Positions 6,597-13,631 of a stretch of DNA of 18,079 nt are shown here, piece after piece. Numbering within the stretch: the first letter of the stretch is position 1; each line of letters begins with the position of its first letter. Source of the stretch: a virus. Below the pieces are notes generated by a model, which searched no databases, was not told where the DNA came from, and saw nothing but the letters and a program-made list of their open reading frames with translations. The position numbers were made by a program, and so were the translations under genes. The stretch covers positions 1 through 18,079 of the IMG/VR virus record IMGVR_UViG_3300045988_034844; one strand, given 5' to 3'.

Positions 6597-7534
6597 TATT
6601 CCTCCTCCTTGGTTCCGTCAACGTCCAATAGTCCGCCGGACGTAGTGTCGTTCCATTCGATGCCGATAGGGTATCCCGAGTCGGCCATTTGCGGCCATAG
6701 TCGGTTGATCGTATCGCATGCCTGCTGCCTTGCTTTGAGATAGCTTAGTCGGAACACGTTCGTGCGCGAATTGCCTGCCGTCACTTCGCTTTCAAGCAAT
6801 CGTTCTTTTTTTTCGGTGGTGCTGTTATCGATACCTAGATAGTTGACTAATTCGTTCCAAATCTGCGTTTTCGTCGTGATAATCTTATCAGCCAAAAAGG
6901 GGGTGACGTTGGGGAATGTCTGGAACATGCCGGTAATGTCAGCCGAGTCGTATGTGTAAATATAGGGGTCGCCGTCTTCGCGCGCCTTCATAAGATTTTG
7001 CGCGGTGAGCTTGTTGGTTTCGGACGTGGCGATAATCAACGGCACACTAATGTTGTCCAAATTTACGTCCAGTGCTCGGTCTGCGATGGCGAGTCGTGTC
7101 GCATAATTCCACATCACATCAATCATGGTGCACCTGAGCTGATTATCCCAAATGGGTACGCATTCCTTGCTTCCGATCTGCGGGTGCGAATAGCTGGTAG
7201 CAACCGGCTGGAAGCTGGTTGGATTATTGTAGTTATTGACACCGCCAATGTTGCCGGAAGTGACCATAAAACGGTTGACCCCCTTGCGTTTATCGGGGAA
7301 AAACAGCGCGAGACCGTTTTCAAATAAAGTCAGTTCCAAATATCTTTCGTCAATGTACGGCGGGAGGTTAATCCATTTAAAGCGACTTACGGCCAGCATT
7401 TCGATCAATTTCATATACTGGTTGATTCGTAAGCTTTGCCTCATTTCGGGGAGGTTCAGATTGCCCCACATCGAACCCAAGACGCTCTGATTGTCCCAAT
7501 GCGCGGCCTTGCGAGCATTATTGCGTTTACCCAT
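6596..7534 (-). CDS. Portal / upper collar connector (phi29 gp10-like, 312 aa)
   Basis: [23 protein letters not shown] corresponds to phi29 [49 protein letters not shown] corresponds to [26 protein letters not shown]. Both comparisons are from memory. The start is either the ATG at 7534 or the GTG at 7540. Confidence 0.9.
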   Translation of the reverse strand: [312 protein letters not shown]

Positions 7535-7546
7535 AATCACCGTCCT

Positions 7547-7584
7547 AAAAATAATGGAGAGAGTTAATATGCTCTCTCCATTAT
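7547..7584 (-). terminator. Intrinsic terminator between the tail knob and portal genes
   Basis: The 13-bp perfect stem is 7551..7563 with 7572..7584, around an 8-nt loop. On the minus strand it is followed by UUUUAGG. It begins 7 nt after the knob stop and ends 12 nt before the portal ATG. Confidence 0.7.
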
Positions 7585-7590
7585 ATCCAA

Positions 7591-9831
7591 TCAGTACGAG
7601 ATACCGGCCAGTGGCACATTGTCCGCATAGTCGGTGACGCCGATCTTATCGGGGTCAGTCCATACGGTCACGCCGGACTCAAAAATACCCTTGACGGTCA
7701 GACGGTATTCTTCTGGGCATGTGCTCGAACGTACATACAACTCATGGAGCCTCCAATATGTGAAATTACTCATGGCCATGAGGTTCGCTGGAAGTTTCAT
7801 AAACCGCTGCACGTAATATCCGTACCTTAACCACACCTCACCGATGGCTTGCATGGCTGCTGGTGGTATCTGCCGGTAACGCACCATGACACCAATCAAC
7901 CCGTTAGCAAGATTGAAAGCGTCACCGCCCAACGCGCCCGACGTGGTAGGGGGTACTGTTTGGGTCTGTTGCACTTGGGCGTTGATGCCGGCGATGGTGT
8001 TTTCGTAATCGCCTTGCGCGGTGGCCTGTGCAAGCTGTTTGTTCATGTCGGCCAGCTGCATGGTCTGCTGGTTGCTGAGGTTGGTTTGCGCAAGCGAGTA
8101 GGCGTTGGCTTGTGAGGTGGTTGCGGCGTTGGTGGTAAAAGTGTTCGAAAGCGCTTGCGAATTGGACGAAACGCTATTGTCGTATGATTGTTGGTTTGCC
8201 CATGCGCCGATGGCGGTTCCTGCGATAGTGCCCACCGCACCCCCCACATTGCCGGTTGCGAGAGAGCCGATAGCGTTCGCGGCACCCGAGCCTACCGTGT
8301 TGATCTGGTTCATGCGATTGCTGAAACTCAGGTTTTTCAGCGCTAGGTCGGAAGACATTTGAGCGCTTTGATTGTTGATCGCCATCATGGCGTTACGGTT
8401 CGCGGTGCCGAGCTTGTTTTGCTCGCTCGCATACTGCGTGCCGACTTGTGACTGAGCGTAGGCATTGTTGATGCCCATCTGGGTTTTCTGATACCCCCAG
8501 TCCGCGCTTTGCTGTGCGTACTGGCGCATGTAGGCACTGTTCGCAAGCGCTAGAGCACTGCCGTTGTTGACGGCCATGAACGTTGGGAAATTGGTGATGC
8601 CAAAACTCGCGTTGAGCATTTCGCCCGTATCGATGGGCAATCCTTTGCCGTCCGGCAATGGTTGGCGATCACCGAGATTGCCGGCATGATATCCTCGCGC
8701 GTAAAAATTCAAACGTGGGGACGGGGGCGCATAATTCCATGTCTCCCTGATAATCAGATCGGCAGACGGAATCTGTTCAGGCTCATACGTAATCACCGTG
8801 CCATTCAAGCAACTGCACTCAACGTAAGCGTAGGGGGCGGTAAGGAATTTCTTCAAATATTTATATCGTTCGGGCAAAGTGAAAGCGTCGCGGAAATTTT
8901 TGAGGTTGACAATATCCGTGTAGCGTGCGTTGGAATTGTCGTTTCGCTTGCGTAATTCCCAACAATTTCCGGTAAAGCTGACTGAATGGCCGAACAGTTC
9001 CGTTTTTTTCGGCTGACCGTCAAGCAAGGCTTGCGGCAGATGTGGTACGGCATAGATACCGCAAATGCCTTGCGTGACCCATGGGGCATTCATGCCCTCA
9101 GTGAAAAATGTGACAATATCGGCGGGAGTGTCCAAATAGTACATGCTGGTACCGTTGAGCTGGCTTTCGAAAGCGCTACCGGTGGCGGTGTTGACTACCG
9201 GATTATCCTTGGTGCCCGTGTCCGCTTCAAGATCGGTGGTGCTTACGATGATAAGTCCGTAGGATGTGTATTTTACCCCGTCGCGTTCGCCCACGTCCAT
9301 CAATGGTTTCCATAATTCGTTGGTGAGTACGGTGCATTTGCCCGTGTCCAGTCCTTCGGGAAGGTCGAGATAGGTTTTCCCCCAGTCTTTCCATGCGTTT
9401 TTGTTGGCAACCCCCACATGCCCCCTTTCAACATAAGCGTTGCCCAACTGGATATCGTGCTGAAAACTCTGCCACACGTCCAGCTGGATATTGAGCTGTG
9501 TAGTGTTGGCATTGATATAGTCGCACGTCTGGACAAAATAATACCAACTGCGGGGGGTATCAAAATCGTAGTCATTCGTTGCGATCAGATAATTATATTG
9601 CGACGCTTGCGCGAATGGTACCGGCAACCTCACCGGCAAGCCGTACTTGGCCATAGTGCAGTCGGTAAACTCGATGCCGTCCAAACGGTCGAAATACTCT
9701 TTTTGAGACTGTCTATCCCATTTGACAATATCCCTATACCCCATATCCCACGGGACATTACACAATTTAAATCGAGTGTTCGGCGTCCATTTCGCGTACG
9801 AGAAATTAATCGGTAGGTCATTTGCGCTCAT
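7591..9831 (-). CDS. Tail knob protein (phi29 gp9-like, 746 aa)
   Basis: The N-terminal block YNYLIATNDYDFDTPRSWYYFVQTCDYINANTTQLNIQLDVWQSF...AYVERGH parallels my memory of gp9 ([45 protein letters not shown]...FIVREH). There is a Q/N/S/A-rich central region with a Gly/Ala hydrophobic segment. AGGAGG sits 5 nt before the ATG. Confidence 0.85.
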   Translation of the reverse strand: MSANDLPINFSYAKWTPNTRFKLCNVPWDMGYRDIVKWDRQSQKEYFDRLDGIEFTDCTMAKYGLPVRLPVPFAQASQYNYLIATNDYDFDTPRSWYYFVQTCDYINANTTQLNIQLDVWQSFQHDIQLGNAYVERGHVGVANKNAWKDWGKTYLDLPEGLDTGKCTVLTNELWKPLMDVGERDGVKYTSYGLIIVSTTDLEADTGTKDNPVVNTATGSAFESQLNGTSMYYLDTPADIVTFFTEGMNAPWVTQGICGIYAVPHLPQALLDGQPKKTELFGHSVSFTGNCWELRKRNDNSNARYTDIVNLKNFRDAFTLPERYKYLKKFLTAPYAYVECSCLNGTVITYEPEQIPSADLIIRETWNYAPPSPRLNFYARGYHAGNLGDRQPLPDGKGLPIDTGEMLNASFGITNFPTFMAVNNGSALALANSAYMRQYAQQSADWGYQKTQMGINNAYAQSQVGTQYASEQNKLGTANRNAMMAINNQSAQMSSDLALKNLSFSNRMNQINTVGSGAANAIGSLATGNVGGAVGTIAGTAIGAWANQQSYDNSVSSNSQALSNTFTTNAATTSQANAYSLAQTNLSNQQTMQLADMNKQLAQATAQGDYENTIAGINAQVQQTQTVPPTTSGALGGDAFNLANGLIGVMVRYRQIPPAAMQAIGEVWLRYGYYVQRFMKLPANLMAMSNFTYWRLHELYVRSSTCPEEYRLTVKGIFESGVTVWTDPDKIGVTDYADNVPLAGISY

Positions 9832-9842
9832 AAAATCCTCCT

Positions 9843-9882
9843 AAAAAACAATAGGTGCGAGAATTATCCTCTCGCACCTATT
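9843..9882 (-). terminator. Intrinsic terminator between the major capsid and tail knob genes
   Basis: The 13-bp perfect stem is aataggtgcgaga (9850..9862) with tctcgcacctatt (9870..9882), around a 7-nt loop. On the minus strand it is followed by GUUUUUU and then AGGAGG. Confidence 0.8.
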
Positions 9883-9902
9883 TTACCTGCTATCGCCTAA
9901 TG

Positions 9903-11618
9903 TCAGGCGGTGACGGTGATCTGCGCCGTCCCCTTCGCTCCTGCAAACTTTACAGTGACGTTGGCCGCTCCTTCGCCGGTTCCGGTCAATACGCCGTTAG
10001 GGGCGATAGTCGCATGCTGGTCTACTGACCACATGGCGAGATTGGTCACGTCCGCGGTGTTACCGTCCGTCTTGGTGGCAATGGCCTTGAGCGCGATATG
10101 CTCGTTAACCTTGACCGCCTTTTCGCCCTGAATTTCAATGGATTCGATGGCTCCCGTCTTCCAGCCGCCAAGCCAAGCGCCGACAACCGGCACGCTCAGT
10201 GCTGCGGAAACCGTCTGGTCGATTTCGGGGTGGGCTGGGTCGATGTAGGTTGCCTGAGCGGTGACCTTGAGGATTTCGGCGGTTTCGTCGAGACCGCAGC
10301 GCAGAATACCCCCGTTGTCGATCGAAGTGAACTGTGAGGTCGCACCTTCGACGGCATACTTGATGCCGACTGGCTGGAAGCTTGCCGTGTCCTTGTTGGC
10401 GCTTGTGATCTCAGACTCGACTTGTACCAAGTCACCGCGAGACACGTTCTTGGGGGTAACCGATGGCTGACCATATTTCATTACACGCAAAGTGAACTTT
10501 GGCGTGGATGTGGTGAGCGTATCCGGCAACGTCACGGACTCAGAGGAGCCTTCGCCCGTCCAAAACAGCACGGCATTTGCAAACGGGTTAGGGGTGATGG
10601 AGCCGCGGTGCTTATAGAAAATGTTCCGCGTGCCGTCAATCGGATTGACGGGGGAGTTCGTCGTTTCGAGCATTTCATCCCAGCAAAAGAAGAAATCTTC
10701 GGTGGTCAGCACGGCCTGAACCTTGCCACCGGCACCACCGATACCGAACATATCCTCCGGAATCGGAATGATACGATACGGCACATTGACCTTATCAATG
10801 TTAAATGCTGCGGCCAATGCTTCCACGTTGAGCGCTGCGATCACCTGTGGCGTGGCGAAGAGGATTGCCTCCGAATCTCGCCATGGAGTGACCCAGCTCA
10901 TGGCGTTATATCGCGGCATGGCCGACATTGGAGACGCCTTGAGCTCGTTCGCGGTCTGCTGAATAAGTCGCAAAAGATTCTTGGCGTCCGCTTCAGTGGA
11001 GTCAGCCGCGCCAACGTCCTTGGTGTGGACTCGATAGAAACCGCCCTTACGAGCATACTCAGCGAAACACTGAGTCTTCATCAGGTACATATCATTACGG
11101 TCAGACAAGATCGGCGCGTTCATGATTTCCGCGATATAATCCGCCATGCCGGACTCGCCGTCGAACGCCGTCAGCAAAGCGTCTTCAGGAATGGTGACCG
11201 GATAGTAGTGGTCGAACGTTAGGGGGTGGAATACGGAAGCAGTCGGCAGCGAGTAACGCCCGTACACATCGTCCCCGAGATACTCTTTGTTAAAATTACG
11301 GGTGCGTGCCTTGACCAAGCCAACCGCGGCCTGCTCGTACGTGCTGCCGTAACGCTTCAGGGTGCGTGGGGAGCCAATCAGCTTCAAGGGGTCATCCCAG
11401 TCTGCGTGCTGAATGTACAGGCCGATCAAACGCTGGATAAGTACCCCCGTGAATTCGTCGCGCAAGTACGGGAAATTGCGCATGGTATCCACCGCATTGC
11501 GGATATTACCCTGTGTCGCAGCCGGGATGCGCACCTGAAACTGGGGGGAAGTGGCGTTGCGGACGGCGTTGAAAATCTCAACGTCACCCTTACCGGCCAA
11601 CGGTCGAATATTAGACAT
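9903..11618 (-). CDS. Major capsid protein with C-terminal bacterial Ig-like (Big_2-type) domain(s) (571 aa)
   Basis: The gene sits directly after the scaffold gene. Its length and architecture resemble phi29 gp8. The last ~85 aa (IEIQGEKAVKVNEHIALKAIATKTDGNTADVTNLAMWSVD...ANVTVKFAGAKGTAQITVTA) form a typical Big_2 pattern. A second Ig-like stretch lies upstream of it. AGGAG lies upstream. Confidence 0.85.
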   Translation of the reverse strand: MSNIRPLAGKGDVEIFNAVRNATSPQFQVRIPAATQGNIRNAVDTMRNFPYLRDEFTGVLIQRLIGLYIQHADWDDPLKLIGSPRTLKRYGSTYEQAAVGLVKARTRNFNKEYLGDDVYGRYSLPTASVFHPLTFDHYYPVTIPEDALLTAFDGESGMADYIAEIMNAPILSDRNDMYLMKTQCFAEYARKGGFYRVHTKDVGAADSTEADAKNLLRLIQQTANELKASPMSAMPRYNAMSWVTPWRDSEAILFATPQVIAALNVEALAAAFNIDKVNVPYRIIPIPEDMFGIGGAGGKVQAVLTTEDFFFCWDEMLETTNSPVNPIDGTRNIFYKHRGSITPNPFANAVLFWTGEGSSESVTLPDTLTTSTPKFTLRVMKYGQPSVTPKNVSRGDLVQVESEITSANKDTASFQPVGIKYAVEGATSQFTSIDNGGILRCGLDETAEILKVTAQATYIDPAHPEIDQTVSAALSVPVVGAWLGGWKTGAIESIEIQGEKAVKVNEHIALKAIATKTDGNTADVTNLAMWSVDQHATIAPNGVLTGTGEGAANVTVKFAGAKGTAQITVTA

Positions 11619-11638
11619 TATATATATCTCCTAACTAT

Positions 11639-11920
11639 TTAGTCGAACAAATCTTCGATTGACTCGCTATCATTGTCACCGTCATTATCATTGTCGGACG
11701 GGGCGGGGTCAGTGTACCCGAGGGTATCCATCATGGCCTTAAGCGCGGCCAATTCCTTTTCGATCGAATCAAGTCGCGCGCTCACGTCCGGTTCGGACGG
11801 TTCCGGTTCCTGCTCAGGCTCTTTCGGCTTGATTTCATCATCGACGGTTTCAGTCCGCTTCTCTTCTTCGGTAGGCGGCGGGGTAGTGTTTTCGTCGCTC
11901 TCACTGTTTGGGTCTGACAT
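11639..11920 (-). CDS. Putative scaffolding protein (93 aa, extremely acidic)
   Basis: It is the first gene of the late operon, immediately upstream of the capsid gene as phi29 gp7 is. It has Asp/Glu/Pro-rich tails flanking a helical core (RLDSIEKELAALKAMMDTL). GAGGAG sits 6 nt before the ATG. Confidence 0.65.
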   Translation of the reverse strand: MSDPNSESDENTTPPPTEEEKRTETVDDEIKPKEPEQEPEPSEPDVSARLDSIEKELAALKAMMDTLGYTDPAPSDNDNDGDNDSESIEDLFD

Positions 11921-11955
11921 GCAAGCTCCTCACGATAGGCAATATTTCCACCAAA

Positions 11956-11964
11956 ATTATATCA
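11956..11964 (-). promoter_or_regulatory. Late promoter, extended -10 TGATATAAT
   Basis: The minus strand reads TGATATAAT, 36 nt upstream of the scaffold ATG and directly downstream of the early terminator. No -35 match is present; the hexamer at 17-bp spacing is CATTTT. Confidence 0.6.
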
Positions 11965-11971
11965 TACGGCG

Positions 11972-12007
11972 GGAAAATAAAATGACCCCCGCAATCACGC
12001 GGGGGTC
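11972..12007 (-). terminator. Rho-independent terminator ending the early/replication transcripts
   Basis: The 9-bp GC-rich perfect stem is GACCCCCGC / GCGGGGGUC (11984..11992 with 11999..12007), around a 6-nt loop. On the minus strand it is followed by AUUUUAUUUU. Confidence 0.85.
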
Positions 12008-12143
12008 TGACTGTCCTATCAGAGCGCAAAAGTGATGATCGTAGGGCACTACCGCCACGATAGTGATTCCATGGCCGGCGGCATTCTCAGCCGTGGCAAT
12101 CCAGCCTATGTTGCTCCCAGTCGAAAATCGACGCTCACAAGAC
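11972..12143 (-). ncRNA. Candidate ~170-nt structured non-coding RNA (possible pRNA analogue)
   Basis: This is the largest internal non-coding gap in a tightly packed genome. It is bounded by an extended -10 element (12150..12158) and the intrinsic terminator (11972..12007). There is no SD-preceded ORF. Several helices are visible by eye. See the findings for detail. Confidence 0.4.
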
Positions 12144-12149
12144 ACAACT

Positions 12150-12158
12150 ATTATAGCA
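12150..12158 (-). promoter_or_regulatory. Extended -10 element TGCTATAAT overlapping the DNA polymerase stop codon
   Basis: The minus strand reads TGCTATAAT, and the polymerase TAA stop forms part of the TATAAT. The same 9-mer occurs at 14759..14767 and 17902..17910. Confidence 0.45.
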
Positions 12159-13602
12159 TGACCAATGTACTGTAATCATCCATGACTTGCACGCCATGTC
12201 GAAACTGCTCGTAAGGGATGGGCTGCGAAAACATGCTTCCGGCCATGCAGATATCAACGCCCCCATCATCCTTCCACCCTTGATATCGGTTCATTCCGAG
12301 TATGGTCAGTTTTTCGTACCTGGCTGCGATCTTCCATTTGCCCAATTCGGTAGGGTGGATTTCGCATGAGTCTACCGGCTCCCAGCCGGATAGGATGCAC
12401 CCGTCCGTATTGGCATACAGCAATCGGCCAGAATTGGCGTAACAAACGTCCATGAGTTTGCGACGGGCATAGGCATTGACCCATACGGGCACGGGAAGAA
12501 AATCGGTTTTCAGATTCGATTCCTCTCTCTGTGCGATATCCCAGTCCAAGGCGATACCGTCTTTGGAGAGGGGGAGCATGACGGCACCTTTGGGTAGACT
12601 CGCCATTTTGCCTACGAGCGCGTTCATGACCAATTTTGCCATTTGCCGCTTCTCGCCCGTCGCCTTCTGCTTCAAGTCCCCCCATTCATCGACAAACGAT
12701 CGGAAAAACCCCTTGCTTTGCCGGAACTTCCACCCCCTAACATGCCTGTATACGCTCACTTCGTAATTCTCATAGAGCAGTTTTTGGTCAATGTCAGTCA
12801 ATACTCTTGTAACATACCCCCTTGTGCTGGTGAGTCGATTGAGTCCATACACGCTACGATTATCTAATAAAAAGGGGTATCCGTCCGGTTTGAGTTCCGC
12901 ACGAAACGTAAGTTCATCGCAATGCAACGGCATGTCATCATCCTGTTCATACTCGCCGTCATACGGTTCGGGTAGCCCCCATGGCAACCATTCATCTCGT
13001 AATATGCTCGGGTACATGCTATTGCAGTCAACGTCGATGGCCTTACCGTATGTCCCCTCTTTAGCCACCATAAATCCGCCGATATAGGCGTCATGCAATG
13101 ATTTTTTGGTTTCGGGCTTCAGTTGTGGGAATTTGTCGTAATACCATTCCCACTCGCCGGACACGAACGCCTCCATACTCGCCCCACCGGCAGTGATCTT
13201 GCACAGGCCGTGCCGATCGTATTCGCACAAAATGTTGAGCAGCTGAGCATCAGTCATGGTAAGCTTGCAGTTTTCGCGCAGCAAATTCGATACGTCGAAA
13301 AAGCGTGCGGAATTCTCACGGTCAATACGCACCGTAAAACTAAAAAACTTGCCCTTTTTGGAAACGATAGCATCCCAGCTCAAATTCGAATTGTGTTCGC
13401 TGTGGGGAAGTGAATGTACGACATGCGCTATAAACGGGTCGAGTAGATCGGGGCTTGTCATGTAGACGGTGAGTTTGCCGCCCGTCATGATGGACGCCAA
13501 AAGGCGATTGGGTTGAATGACATCACGTAGCACGGTGCCGTCCGTGCAGCGTATGACGTTATCCATACACCATAATCCAACTCTATTGTCATGCACTGTC
13601 AT
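12151..13602 (-). CDS. Protein-primed family-B DNA polymerase (phi29 gp2-like, 483 aa)
   Basis: Motif A is DCNSMYPS, motif B KLVMNALVGK, motif C YANTDG. Long colinear similarity to my memory of phi29 includes ITAGG, AYIGGF, LPWGLPEPYDGEY..DMPLHC, FRSFVDEWGDLK and ELGKW. I chose the ATG at 13602 after AAGGGAAG. The track's GTG start at 13662 overlaps the upstream gene by 31 nt and has no SD. Confidence 0.9.
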   Translation of the reverse strand: MTVHDNRVGLWCMDNVIRCTDGTVLRDVIQPNRLLASIMTGGKLTVYMTSPDLLDPFIAHVVHSLPHSEHNSNLSWDAIVSKKGKFFSFTVRIDRENSARFFDVSNLLRENCKLTMTDAQLLNILCEYDRHGLCKITAGGASMEAFVSGEWEWYYDKFPQLKPETKKSLHDAYIGGFMVAKEGTYGKAIDVDCNSMYPSILRDEWLPWGLPEPYDGEYEQDDDMPLHCDELTFRAELKPDGYPFLLDNRSVYGLNRLTSTRGYVTRVLTDIDQKLLYENYEVSVYRHVRGWKFRQSKGFFRSFVDEWGDLKQKATGEKRQMAKLVMNALVGKMASLPKGAVMLPLSKDGIALDWDIAQREESNLKTDFLPVPVWVNAYARRKLMDVCYANSGRLLYANTDGCILSGWEPVDSCEIHPTELGKWKIAARYEKLTILGMNRYQGWKDDGGVDICMAGSMFSQPIPYEQFRHGVQVMDDYSTLVML

Positions 13603-13631
13603 AGTATAACTTCCCTTTGCACCTATGGTGG

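Noticed and set aside
10422-11222. A 266-aa plus-strand ORF
   Set aside because: It is antisense to the well-supported major capsid gene. Its Arg/Gly/His-rich composition is typical of the reverse frame of a GC-balanced gene, and it has no SD.
11957-12145. A 62-aa minus-strand ORF in the polymerase-scaffold gap
   Set aside because: It is GTG-initiated with no SD. It reads through the strongest terminator hairpin and the late -10 element. I interpret the interval as non-coding RNA and regulatory sequence instead. A translated micro-protein cannot be fully excluded.
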